Source: Angelakisella sp.
GTDB lineage: Bacteria > Bacillota > Clostridia > Oscillospirales > Ruminococcaceae
NCBI GenBank assembly: GCA_022794295.1
Contig: JAAWEO010000001.1
Span: 6,969 to 70,968, forward strand
Direction: 5' to 3'
Length of the DNA: 64,000 nt
Each line of letters opens with the position of its first letter. Position 1 is the stretch's first letter. The translations under genes and the position numbers were made by a program. Shown in pieces: positions 40,189 through 49,758 of this stretch. Under the pieces are notes generated by a model. That model did not search any database. It was not told the DNA's origin and saw only the letters and a list, made by a program, of their open reading frames with translations.

Positions 40189-41286
40189 TTACAAATAGTT
40201 TCGTGGGTTCTGTGGCACACCATCCCGAATCACCTCCAGATGGAGATGCGGCCCGGTGCTTCTGCCGGTGCTGCCGCTTTTGGCGATAACATCACCGGCA
40301 GATACGCTCTGCCCCTCGGTCACCAAAATTTCAGAGCAGTGGGCGTACATCGTCACCAGCCCGCCGCCATGGTCAATGGCGACATGGTAGCCATAGCCGG
40401 TCTGCTTGTACCGGACGAATAACACTTTGCCATCCTTCACCGCATGGACTTCTGTCCCCAAAGGGATCGCTATATCCAACCCGGTATGGCCCTCGCTGCC
40501 CGCTCCGGTGGGGTTCTGGCGATACCCAAACTCGCTGGTGACCTTATCACGCCAGCCGCTTTCCAGAGGACTGATAAATCCGGCAGGCGAAGGGACTACC
40601 TCGGAATCTTTGGTCAGCTCTTTGATCAGATCATGGGTCCCATTTCCTCCTTCCAGATTCATGTCTGCGCTCACATCGAAGTTGTTGTACTGCACCCGCA
40701 GGTAGATCTCTGTGATGTTGGCGCTGTCATCCACCGTAACCTCCCGCCCGGCATACCTGCCCACATTGGCATAGATAACAGGCAAATCCCGGATGGGAGC
40801 GGCGACGATGTAGGTTTCTTCTTCCTCGTAGGGATCACCGTTTTCGTCGTACTCGGTCACTGTCCGGGTGCGGGTTTCATAGGTAACGAAGCAATCTACA
40901 AAAGACTTTGCCGCTGCAGACCGCAGCCGCAGGTGATCCTGCCCGAAGTACAGAGCATAGAAAACAGCCTTGACCCGCACCGAATCAAGGCTGTCACTGC
41001 CCTCCATCTCCGATTCCACTGCCGAGATGGCTCTGTCCAACTTGGAGAAACAGGAGCGCATTTCGGTGATATAGGTCTTATACTCGGATGGCATGGTCAG
41101 TGGGATCATCCCGCCCTTGAAGGTGAGCCGCACCGCTGCGTTGTTATGGCTGGCTGTCCCTTGGAGCATGGAGCAGAGGATCACCACGATCAGGAGGAAG
41201 GGGGTGAGGATGGAGGCAACAGCGATTGCCGCCGTTTTCCAGGTCCGCTTATTGGTAAGCAAAACTGCCGCTTTCAGAGTTGTCAT
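40189..41286 (-). CDS. M23 peptidase (conjugative cell-wall hydrolase)
   Basis: HTGLD, YAHCS, STGPHLH. Confidence 0.9.
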   Translation of the reverse strand: MTTLKAAVLLTNKRTWKTAAIAVASILTPFLLIVVILCSMLQGTASHNNAAVRLTFKGGMIPLTMPSEYKTYITEMRSCFSKLDRAISAVESEMEGSDSLDSVRVKAVFYALYFGQDHLRLRSAAAKSFVDCFVTYETRTRTVTEYDENGDPYEEEETYIVAAPIRDLPVIYANVGRYAGREVTVDDSANITEIYLRVQYNNFDVSADMNLEGGNGTHDLIKELTKDSEVVPSPAGFISPLESGWRDKVTSEFGYRQNPTGAGSEGHTGLDIAIPLGTEVHAVKDGKVLFVRYKQTGYGYHVAIDHGGGLVTMYAHCSEILVTEGQSVSAGDVIAKSGSTGRSTGPHLHLEVIRDGVPQNPRNYL

Positions 41287-41291
41287 CTTCG

Positions 41292-42080
41292 TTACCCTCC
41301 ATCATAGCAGCCGCAGGGCAAATCTGTTTCCGGGAACAGACCGCATATTGCTGTTTGCTCTTTGTCACCTTCTACAAAATCCTCCCACGCCCAATTCCGC
41401 CCCAACCCTCTAACTGTAATGAGATTTGGCTTCGCTTTTCGCTCAATGGCGATTGCCCGGTCATACAGATCCCGGTGCCGGTGGTAGAGGGTTCGAATCT
41501 CGCTTTTCTTCATGCTGGGGCAGAAAAAACAGGAGGATTTGCCCGGCTGCGGCAAGCCCTCCTGCTCAATTGCTTTTAGACAGTCCTCTCGAAACCATCC
41601 CCAATCGATGAGAGGATATTCGTTTCGGTATTTCCTGTCTTGGATGTCATAGACAACAGCGTGGTTTCTCCGCCGCTCCTCCCCGGCATCATAGCCGATG
41701 AACTTTACGATCCGCTCCCCCCGATCCCATACCTCCCGGCATAGGGGATGGTTATTGCAGAACTTCTCCTGCGGGGCGACCTTGTGCTTTAGGGAACACG
41801 TTTTATGGCCATAGGCGATGGAGGGGAGAGAAGCAGAACGCAGACACTCCTCCTCCAAGGTCAGCCGATTTCCGTCTTGATCGGTGTACTGCACGATGAT
41901 GATCTTCGGCAGTCCATGGGTTTCCAGCCACTGATCCATAATGGGCAGGTAATCGTAGGTATAAGGCTGTTCCCCGCCAGTGTCGGCAAAAAGGATGAGG
42001 TCTACGGGAATATTTCGCTGATGCAGGCCGATGAGCATAGCGGTGCTGTTGACACCGCCGCCATAGCTGAGGATGTTCAC
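41292..42080 (-). CDS. PAPS-reductase/PP-loop family protein
   Basis: LSYGGGVNSTA, FADTGGE, YPLIDW, SSCFFCP. Confidence 0.75.
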   Translation of the reverse strand: MNILSYGGGVNSTAMLIGLHQRNIPVDLILFADTGGEQPYTYDYLPIMDQWLETHGLPKIIIVQYTDQDGNRLTLEEECLRSASLPSIAYGHKTCSLKHKVAPQEKFCNNHPLCREVWDRGERIVKFIGYDAGEERRRNHAVVYDIQDRKYRNEYPLIDWGWFREDCLKAIEQEGLPQPGKSSCFFCPSMKKSEIRTLYHRHRDLYDRAIAIERKAKPNLITVRGLGRNWAWEDFVEGDKEQTAICGLFPETDLPCGCYDGG

Positions 42081-44443
42081 TATCTACCACCTCCAGTCCC
42101 ATACAGCGCCAGCTTATGCTCCGGCGTTTTCACCACCAAGTTATACCGCTCCGCCCCGCACTGATAAAGACAGCACCCGGTCTGACAGTCCAGGATCAGC
42201 TTGTACTCGGTTTCTTCCAGCTGGAGGGCGTCCATATAGGCCCGTTTATCGATAGTGCCGGGGTGGAACAGAAAATGATGGACAGGAATGGAAAACAGCG
42301 GCTTGGTCATCTCGGCAACATTTTGCAGCAAAAAATCCTCGATATTCTGGCTGGCAAGGACGATCATGCTGTTGCGCTTGCGGACACGCTTCATGGCGTT
42401 GCGGATGTAGGCAACTGCCACCGGATTGGACAGGAAAACATGGAGCTCCTCAAACACACCAGCGGTATTACCCCCAGAGATAAGAGCGTGGCTGATATAC
42501 GAAAGGATATTGAACAGCATGGCATCCTTAATGTTCTTGCCACTCTCCATCAGGTCTTTGACCCCGAAGGTGACAAACCGGCTGGCATCGATGTTGGTGT
42601 GTCCGTTGAAGAACTTGGAATCTGACCCTTTGCAGAGGGAATGGAGACCCAGCAGCGCAGACCGCAGCAGCTCCGGGGTGTACAGCTCCTCCCTTGTTCC
42701 TTCCGCCTTGATTTGCTGGTACTCAGTGTCCATGAGGTCGTACAGGTCGGAGAGGATGGGGTAATCAACAGGGGACAACACAGAAAAATCCGTTGTATCT
42801 TCGATATGCCACCTTTTGTACAACCGCCCCAACATGATCTCAATGGTGTCGATCTGCCCGTCATCGAAGGGCTTATAGCTGCGGAAGAAATCCCGCAGGA
42901 AGGAGATGTGCTGGGAAAGGAGAGTGCTGGCCCGGAATGCTTCCGGTACATCCCCTTCGGAGGAATCATCCATGTTGCTCCACATCCTCGGCTCCAGCAC
43001 ATTGATAAGGTTCTTTCCGCTGGTGAGGTCAAGATAGGCCCCGCCCAGCCTGCGGGTGATCTCCTCGTACTCGTTTTCCGGGTCTAAACAGATCACTCGC
43101 TTGCCGCTCTCCAAAATATTGCAGAGCAGGAGCTTCAGCAGAAAACTTTTCCCCTTGCCGGAACTGCCCAAAATGAGGGTGTTGGCGTTGGACTTATCTG
43201 CCGCTCGCCGCTCCAAATCAACGATGATGGAGGAGCCGTATTTGTCGTACCCGATGTAAAACCCGTTGGGATCGGTCTTGCCAGTATAGGCGAAAGGGAA
43301 CAGATTTGCCACACTGGAGGCCGGGAGCATTCTCTCAAATTCTTCCCCAAAGGCGTTCCAGCCAGATGGCATCACCGAGAGGAATCCGTCCTGCTGGCAG
43401 AGGTGCAGCCGGTCCACGCTGATCTTCCCCCGGCCCAGCTCCGCCTCCACGCTGTCCCGCAGTTCGGAAAACTCCTGCTCACTTTTGGCGATGAGTTCAA
43501 TGTAAACTGCTGTGTGAAAAAACGGTTCTCGGTTACGATGGGCGGTGCGGATCATGTTGGACACATCCTCCAGATTACTTTGGGCCTCCACCATCTCCCG
43601 GATGTCGGTACTTCCACCCTTGAAGCGGTTGGCCTTATCTGCCGCCTGTAAAATTTTCCGCTCCTCTGCCGGAGAAACCAGGCGAGTGTAGATGTGCAGG
43701 GTCACTCCGGCCCGTTCACCCAACCGCTGAAGGAGGGCCTGTTCCTCGGTGGAGGTGGGGTATCCCCGCACTGCCCAGACGCACCGATAGGTGTTGCCCA
43801 CCAGATACCGGTCTATCTCAAATTTAATGGCGGCGGGAGCGATGAGGTCAAGGAAGGTCTGGAGGACTTCATCTTCCTCCATAATGCTTGCGGCTTTGTA
43901 GTCGCTCTGTCCGTTTTTGAGAAGCCACCGCTGTCCGTCGAAATCATCGTACCCCTCACTGATGACATCTTGGGAGAAATAGACCGCAAGGATTCTTTTT
44001 ATATCCTCATATCCGGCCCTGCGGACAGTAAAGCCCTGCTCCCGGATGGTCTTTTCCAGCCGGGAAAGATAGGGGTACATCTCCCGCTCCCCGATGTTGC
44101 GGGGCCGCACGATAAGCATAAACTCTCTGGCAGTGGCGGTGCGGCTCTGGATCTCGTCCAGATGCCGCAGGTCACGCTCCAGCAGGGAACGGATGGGAAT
44201 GCTTTCCTCCTGTTCGATCCTGCCGGTGAGATACCTCTTGTTATGCTCGAAGCTCTCACGAGAATTGAGGCAAAGCAGTTCCACTTCGGTGAAGCCCTTG
44301 AGGACATTCATAAGGGCATTGACCCTTGCCTTGAGACTTTCTCTGGACAGCACCGACACATTGGTGGGCTGGATCAGGAAAAGCACAATTTCTTCGCCTC
44401 TGGGCGTGATGATGCTATGCTCGGTGATCCGCTCCACCTGCAT
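42080..44443 (-). CDS. virB4: VirB4-like conjugation ATPase
   Basis: GSSGKGKS Walker A, LDPENEY, FEELH, KRVRK. Confidence 0.92.
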   Translation of the reverse strand: MQVERITEHSIITPRGEEIVLFLIQPTNVSVLSRESLKARVNALMNVLKGFTEVELLCLNSRESFEHNKRYLTGRIEQEESIPIRSLLERDLRHLDEIQSRTATAREFMLIVRPRNIGEREMYPYLSRLEKTIREQGFTVRRAGYEDIKRILAVYFSQDVISEGYDDFDGQRWLLKNGQSDYKAASIMEEDEVLQTFLDLIAPAAIKFEIDRYLVGNTYRCVWAVRGYPTSTEEQALLQRLGERAGVTLHIYTRLVSPAEERKILQAADKANRFKGGSTDIREMVEAQSNLEDVSNMIRTAHRNREPFFHTAVYIELIAKSEQEFSELRDSVEAELGRGKISVDRLHLCQQDGFLSVMPSGWNAFGEEFERMLPASSVANLFPFAYTGKTDPNGFYIGYDKYGSSIIVDLERRAADKSNANTLILGSSGKGKSFLLKLLLCNILESGKRVICLDPENEYEEITRRLGGAYLDLTSGKNLINVLEPRMWSNMDDSSEGDVPEAFRASTLLSQHISFLRDFFRSYKPFDDGQIDTIEIMLGRLYKRWHIEDTTDFSVLSPVDYPILSDLYDLMDTEYQQIKAEGTREELYTPELLRSALLGLHSLCKGSDSKFFNGHTNIDASRFVTFGVKDLMESGKNIKDAMLFNILSYISHALISGGNTAGVFEELHVFLSNPVAVAYIRNAMKRVRKRNSMIVLASQNIEDFLLQNVAEMTKPLFSIPVHHFLFHPGTIDKRAYMDALQLEETEYKLILDCQTGCCLYQCGAERYNLVVKTPEHKLALYGTGGGR

Positions 44444-44768
44444 GAGGTTTCGGGTGCTTCTTCTTTTTCGCTTCTCTGTAATTTTCGTCTTTGGTCACCT
44501 CCGCATGAAAAGGGGAGGCCCAGCGATACAGCCGAGGCCTCCCGATAAAATAGACGCCTGCCTTGCGGATAAAATCCAAGATACAGGCGTCCTCGAACCG
44601 TATGGTCAAAAACAGATACAGCGTAGCGATGGCAGCAAAAAACGGTGTTCGGAATTGGGCCAGGGCCGCAACGCCGAACACTGCCAGCAGCCCGCCGATT
44701 GCAATGTCCCGCAGCCGCCACAGCCACAGGGTTGGGGCGGCTTTCAGATTTTCCGGGTAGATGTACAT
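44415..44768 (-). CDS. PrgI/VirB3-like membrane protein
   Basis: YIYPENLK start; two TM segments; directly upstream of virB4. Confidence 0.65.
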   Translation of the reverse strand: MYIYPENLKAAPTLWLWRLRDIAIGGLLAVFGVAALAQFRTPFFAAIATLYLFLTIRFEDACILDFIRKAGVYFIGRPRLYRWASPFHAEVTKDENYREAKKKKHPKPHAGGADHRA

Positions 44769-44778
44769 AGAACACCCC

Positions 44779-45633
44779 CTACATCGTCATTTTGGGAAAT
44801 GACTGGCCCTGTTCCATCTCCTGTGCCTGCCGAAGGGTGAGCGGGCGGGACAGGATGCCATCGATCTCCTTCTCCGGCATAAACAAATGCAGATTCTGAT
44901 TGGCGTAGCGGCTTTCGTGGTAGAGCAGTACGCCGCACAGCTCCCCCATCACCTTGCAGGCATCCAAGCTGTTTTCCAGTGTTTTCATGGTCCCCAACGA
45001 AAGGGTATTTTTAGGGCTGCCAAAATCCCCCCGAATAAAGCAATCCACATAGATCCCCTCTGAGCCGCCGAAGCTGGGAACAGCGCAGAGGTCAAACTGA
45101 TAATCCGCTATCAGGGCTTCATCATCTTCTTCAGGCAAAGTATAGTCCTCAATTTCCCCAAAGCGTTCCCAGTCGCCGCTCTCCTTCGCCGATTCCACGA
45201 CCTTCCGAAACAGCTTCCCTCCGGTGAGCCGCATCGCCTTTGCTTCCTTGTGGAGCCACTGTTGAAACTGTTCCTCCGGGGAGTGCCATTGGCATATTTG
45301 TCCTGCTATGACCGGAATCACATCCTCAAAAGGCTGTCCGTCCTCCCCATCGGAGAGCTTTTGCGACAAATCTTCTTTGTCGTCCTCGTTCAGCTTTTCC
45401 AACATGAGGGTCAGCATGACGCAGTCCTTGACGGATGTTCCGGTATTGACAAGCTGTTCCTTCAAAACAGCATCCAACTGATTGTTTCCTGTTTTGAAAG
45501 TGATCTCTGCCTCGCCATAGCTGATGAAATAAGGCACACTGCCCTGTATCAGCTCCGGCAGGGCACAGGGCAGAAAGAGGGAACAGCCATTTCCGGTTCG
45601 CTCGGCCAGTTTGATTTTGATCATATCGTTCAT
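44779..45633 (-). CDS. Hypothetical ICE protein
   Basis: GGAGGTG RBS; FGGSEGIYVDC motif; ends PKMTM. Confidence 0.7.
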   Translation of the reverse strand: MNDMIKIKLAERTGNGCSLFLPCALPELIQGSVPYFISYGEAEITFKTGNNQLDAVLKEQLVNTGTSVKDCVMLTLMLEKLNEDDKEDLSQKLSDGEDGQPFEDVIPVIAGQICQWHSPEEQFQQWLHKEAKAMRLTGGKLFRKVVESAKESGDWERFGEIEDYTLPEEDDEALIADYQFDLCAVPSFGGSEGIYVDCFIRGDFGSPKNTLSLGTMKTLENSLDACKVMGELCGVLLYHESRYANQNLHLFMPEKEIDGILSRPLTLRQAQEMEQGQSFPKMTM

Positions 45634-45713
45634 GTCGTTTCACCTCCGCAAATAAAAAGGCCCTGCGGTTTTTAGCAAGGCCCGGTTTTGATTCAGCTTT
45701 CGCCGCTGACTTT

Positions 45714-46019
45714 TTATTCTTCTGTGCTTTCCTCCCATTCTGCCAGCGCCGCCTCCACCAGTCCTACGATGAATTCTTTTTGGCTCAGCCCATTGTGGGC
45801 GGCAAGGTAAGCCTTAATTTTCTGGAACAATTCCTCCGACACCTGGAATGCCAATGTTCTGGATTTGCTGTTCATATCCTTTTCCCCTCCCTCGAAATGT
45901 TCCCGCAGGATCCGCTCCACATACTGACCCAGTGTCTGCCCCAGCCGCTCCTGTTCCTCTTGGACCTTTCGGTGCAGCTCCGGTGAGATGGGAGCGCACA
46001 GATTCTTTTTCTCTGCCAT
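45714..46019 (-). CDS. Tandem ribbon-helix-helix-like protein
   Basis: KNLCAPIS.ELH and RTLAFQVSEELF repeats. Confidence 0.65.
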   Translation of the reverse strand: MAEKKNLCAPISPELHRKVQEEQERLGQTLGQYVERILREHFEGGEKDMNSKSRTLAFQVSEELFQKIKAYLAAHNGLSQKEFIVGLVEAALAEWEESTEE

Positions 46020-46107
46020 TTTTTCCTCCCCTTTCTGTCTGTGGCAAAGCAAAGTATAGCGGGAACGGGGTGAGAAAGCTATTCACCAAAGGCAACGAAG
46101 AGCTTGC

Positions 46108-46650
46108 CTAAAATGAAGCAAGATCAACATATCTGTTTTTTGTGATTTCCAAGGTGATAGGCTCGATGCATATGATCTCCTTCTTCTGCTGTTGGGCATA
46201 GCGAACTGTTGCCGCTGTTCCTCCAGATGGACTTCCATCGTAGACCGCCAGCAGAATGGAGGCACTGTCCACCAATCGCCTGTTCCGCGCCAGCATACAG
46301 CCGCTGTAATATTGCCGACCAACATATGAGATAGAATCGGCCTGTACCAAAATCTCTCGATAGGCTTTTTGGGCTGGTGGACTCCATCTTTTATCTTGAT
46401 CTTCGCAGGGCAGAACACAGTGAAGTGTTACCGCAGGATCTTCTTTGCGGAGAGCGAGGACAGCCTGTGCGGCCCAAGAATCCACCCCAAGGGCCATCCC
46501 GGAAAAGAAGGCTTTTACCCCCGCCTGATGCAAGGCTTTGATCTCACAGCAAAGGACCGCTTTCAAAGCAGCGCAGCGGGGATCGGTTTCATGAAAGCCC
46601 CAGGGAAAGCGTTGGGGCCGATGACCGGTAAAGGCACAGGAAGTTCCCAT
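46108..46650 (-). CDS. SLOG superfamily protein (YpsA/DUF1273)
   Basis: CAFTGHRP, SGMALGVD, RNRRLVD, SGGTAATVRYA. Confidence 0.85.
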   Translation of the reverse strand: MGTSCAFTGHRPQRFPWGFHETDPRCAALKAVLCCEIKALHQAGVKAFFSGMALGVDSWAAQAVLALRKEDPAVTLHCVLPCEDQDKRWSPPAQKAYREILVQADSISYVGRQYYSGCMLARNRRLVDSASILLAVYDGSPSGGTAATVRYAQQQKKEIICIEPITLEITKNRYVDLASF

Positions 46651-46683
46651 GGTGATCTCTCCTATCATGAATAATACAGTGAT

Positions 46684-46778
46684 TAGTGACATATCACTAC
46701 TATACCACAAATTCCGCAGTTAGTGAACAGTCACTAACAAGCGGTGTTCAAATCATCTACCATAGTGACAAATCACTT
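46684..46778. promoter_or_regulatory. Three palindromic operators TAGTGA-N4-TCACTA
   Basis: 46684-46699, 46721-46736 and 46763-46778 (last with 1 mismatch), between divergent SLOG and XRE genes. Confidence 0.75.
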
Positions 46779-46790
46779 GGAGGGGTTTGT

Positions 46791-47033
46791 ATGAATACCA
46801 GAGAAACTGTTGCCGCCCGGATCCGCCAGCTTTGTGACGAGCGGGGGATCACCCCCAACGGCCTCAGCAACATTTCCGCTGTGCCGCAGGCCACCATAAA
46901 GAGCATCCTCAATGGGGAAAGCCAGAATCCGGGGATCGTCACCATAAAAAAGCTGTGCGATGGCTTTGAGATCACCCTTGGTGAGTTTTTCTCCACACCG
47001 GAGTTTGACGAATTGGAGCAGGAGATCTGCTAA
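46791..47033 (+). CDS. XRE-family HTH regulator
   Basis: RIRQLCDERGIT...TIKKLCDGFEITLGEFF. Confidence 0.85.
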   Translation: MNTRETVAARIRQLCDERGITPNGLSNISAVPQATIKSILNGESQNPGIVTIKKLCDGFEITLGEFFSTPEFDELEQEIC

Positions 47034-47048
47034 AGGAATGATACTGTG

Positions 47049-48767
47049 TCACGACTGCTCTTTTTGTAGAAAATAGGCGATCCCCCGGAGAATGTACTCC
47101 ACGCAGGGGATCGCCACGCTGTTGCCCAAAGCCTTATACCGGGCCGAATCGGCGGCCCCCGGTATGGCTGTCCAGCCATCCGGGAAGCCCTGTAAACGCT
47201 CGCATTCCAGCGGCGTCAGGCGGCGGATCAGCCGGGGTGTTTTGCTTTCCGTATCCAAGATCAAATCCGTAGCGTCTTTATGCTGGCGGGCGCTTTGGGT
47301 GCTGGCAATATCGTCCGGCTGAAATTCATCTACCCGCTGCCGGTTAAAGACTGCATGGTGGTCAACGGCGTTTCCGGTGATACAGTAGACCGGCTCGGTA
47401 TCCGTCTCCACCACAAGAGAGGTATTGTTGCCGCCTGTCCCGTAGGCGGCAGAGATGGTGGGGGCGGCATCGTGGGGGCCGGTGCATCTGCTGTCCAAAG
47501 TGTGATTCTCGAACACCAGCGGCTGATGTCCCCGCATCTGTGCCCGAAGGGTGGCGGTCCGGTCATAGGTGCAGCCCATCCGCTCCCCTCCCTGGTCATT
47601 GAGGCAGAGGACACCCGCCCCTTTGCCGCCCGATTTAAGGGTGGGGGCACAGTCCTCCTGATACCCGATCCCTCTTGCGGAGGCGCTTGTTTCCGGACAA
47701 AAGCCCGCCGCGATGAAGGTCTGCTGTTTCATTCCGGGCTGCGCCCCCAGCGCTCCGGCTATATCATAGAGGTCACGCACCTCATTCCGCTGGTTGGCGG
47801 CAAAAGCAATGACGCCATTCCTCCCTGTGGACATTCCGCAGTTGCTTCCAAGGGTGGCAGAAACATCTCCGGTCAGGTCTCCATTGCAGCCATCGAAGCC
47901 CTCTGCCACAAAGGTCTGCATCTGCATATTGGTGGTAGCCATGAGAGCCCCGGCCACACCCCCCAAGTCTATGGTTTCCTCTCTTTGGTTTATGTGGAAA
48001 GCGAAGATGTCCTTTTCACCCCCGCTTGCAGTTCCAGCGCTTCCCGTAGCTGCGGCGGCAGCTCCTTCCCACGCTCTCTGGCCCTCCGCAGGATCCCCAA
48101 ACAGGCGGCTTTGCTCAAATAGTATTTCGGGAGCGGATGTTCCTCCAAGATCCGCGACAAGGAAGATGCGCCTCCTTCGTTGTGGGGTCTGGGGCCAGTA
48201 TTGAGCATCCAGGACACGCCAAGCGAGGGAGAATCCCGTTCCCAGGATGGCCCCAGCAGGTTCCCACCGCCCGGACGGAGGTCGAGGAACAGATACGGCC
48301 CCGTCCGCGATCCGGCAGGTCTCCTCAAGGACGATGCGGAAGTCCTCCCCTTTTTCCGTCCCGCTGGAGAAGGCCCCGGGGACATTTTCCCACAAAAAGT
48401 ATCTGGGCCGAACAGACTCAGCTGGCCGCCCCCTTCGTAATTCTGCATCTCTCATCTCCTTTGCGATCCGCACCTGTTCCATAAAAAGGCCGGAGCGGGA
48501 GCCGGCGAGACCGGCCCTCGCCCCAGCCACGCTTAAATCCTGGCAGGGCGAGCCTCCACAGATGATGTCCACCGGCGGCAATTCCGCCCCGTTCAGCTGG
48601 GTGATGTCCCCCATATGGGCCATCGCCGGAAATCGGAGCTTTGTCACCCGGATAGGGAAGGCTTCGATCTCGCTGGCCCAAAGAGTAATGATGCCATTGC
48701 GCTGAGCTGCGAGAGGAAATCCGCCAATGCCATCGAAGAGGCTCCCCATTGTCATCATAGAGACCAC
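47049..48767 (-). CDS. DNA (cytosine-5) methyltransferase
   Basis: SLFDGIGG (I), GSPCQD (IV), ENVPG (VI), QRRRRI (VIII), RRLTPLECERLQGFP (IX), GNSV (X). Confidence 0.94.
   Translation of the reverse strand: MVSMMTMGSLFDGIGGFPLAAQRNGIITLWASEIEAFPIRVTKLRFPAMAHMGDITQLNGAELPPVDIICGGSPCQDLSVAGARAGLAGSRSGLFMEQVRIAKEMRDAELRRGRPAESVRPRYFLWENVPGAFSSGTEKGEDFRIVLEETCRIADGAVSVPRPPSGRWEPAGAILGTGFSLAWRVLDAQYWPQTPQRRRRIFLVADLGGTSAPEILFEQSRLFGDPAEGQRAWEGAAAAATGSAGTASGGEKDIFAFHINQREETIDLGGVAGALMATTNMQMQTFVAEGFDGCNGDLTGDVSATLGSNCGMSTGRNGVIAFAANQRNEVRDLYDIAGALGAQPGMKQQTFIAAGFCPETSASARGIGYQEDCAPTLKSGGKGAGVLCLNDQGGERMGCTYDRTATLRAQMRGHQPLVFENHTLDSRCTGPHDAAPTISAAYGTGGNNTSLVVETDTEPVYCITGNAVDHHAVFNRQRVDEFQPDDIASTQSARQHKDATDLILDTESKTPRLIRRLTPLECERLQGFPDGWTAIPGAADSARYKALGNSVAIPCVEYILRGIAYFLQKEQS
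47990..48448 (-). CDS. Nested alternate-frame ORF, M.EcoHK31I beta-subunit-like
   Basis: Own AAGGAG RBS; SLSRILE...KYYLS..AC.GILRRARERGKELP motif. Confidence 0.7.
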   Translation of the reverse strand: MQNYEGGGQLSLFGPDTFCGKMSPGPSPAGRKKGRTSASSLRRPAGSRTGPYLFLDLRPGGGNLLGPSWERDSPSLGVSWMLNTGPRPHNEGGASSLSRILEEHPLPKYYLSKAACLGILRRARERGKELPPQLREALELQAGVKRTSSLST

Positions 48768-48770
48768 CTC

Positions 48771-49622
48771 CTACTTCACTGCGGTTATCAGATTCCGGGA
48801 CAGTCCAACCACCGTCTGGGTGGCATACACTGCTGACATGATATTTGCCCTGGTGCTGGTATCCATCCCGAACTGCTGGGCCACACGAGGAATTTCGGTG
48901 GCGGAGAGCATGAGCCCGCAGCCCAGCAGCATATTGTTGTTCCAAACCATGAGCCCGGCAATCAAAATGGTGGTCTGCAAAAAAGCAGTAAGGCAAAGTC
49001 CTGCGATCTGCCTGCACCAGCTGTAAAAGCCATCGGTATAGCCCCTGGGGACACTGAACAGGTAAAGGCTCCCCACCGCGATCTGGATGAGCAGGATACC
49101 GCCCCTTTTCAGATTAGCGAAGAAGATCTTCACCACCGAATATCCCATGAGGACAAGCAGGAAAATGGACACAAATACACCATATCCATTTAGGGCGGTC
49201 ATTGCCGCTCTTGCCATGCTGCTGATGCCATCGGTATGAGATACCCCGGCGATCCCCTTGGATAAGCTGCCTTGCAGGTCGATGCAGAGCTTGTACAGCT
49301 CTATGGGGACAGTGGTAAACAGGCTGGTGGCAAGGAAACCCTTCATGATCCCCAAGGCCGTATCCCGAACGGCGGTGGTGCGGCCCGATTGGTATTCCAT
49401 GGCGGCGTCAAAGACCGCCACCACGATGCCCACCCCGTAGAGCGCCCAGCCGAAGCAGCGGAAAAACTCCACGATGCCCTGCACCCAGACGAAACCGAAC
49501 AGCTCGGTTCCCATGCCGTTCATCATGGTGAGAAACTCACCGAGAAACTCCACGATCTTACCGTAAACCCAATCGAGAATTTCCCCCAAGACCTTGTCGG
49601 CTAAGAAGTCCCAAATGAACAA
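48771..49622 (-). CDS. VirB6/TrbL-like polytopic membrane protein
   Basis: Multiple TM segments, NLKRGGILL; located in the tra operon. Confidence 0.78.
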   Translation of the reverse strand: MFIWDFLADKVLGEILDWVYGKIVEFLGEFLTMMNGMGTELFGFVWVQGIVEFFRCFGWALYGVGIVVAVFDAAMEYQSGRTTAVRDTALGIMKGFLATSLFTTVPIELYKLCIDLQGSLSKGIAGVSHTDGISSMARAAMTALNGYGVFVSIFLLVLMGYSVVKIFFANLKRGGILLIQIAVGSLYLFSVPRGYTDGFYSWCRQIAGLCLTAFLQTTILIAGLMVWNNNMLLGCGLMLSATEIPRVAQQFGMDTSTRANIMSAVYATQTVVGLSRNLITAVK

Positions 49623-49758
49623 TAAATCATCACTCCTTTCTCTGGAATAAAAACGCTCCCAACCTCTCGAAAGACTGTTGACAAAAACTCCGAACAGAGT
49701 TTATATAACAGCGGCGGGGGCGCCCCGCGACAAAGACGCTTGGAGAGGTTGGGATAAG

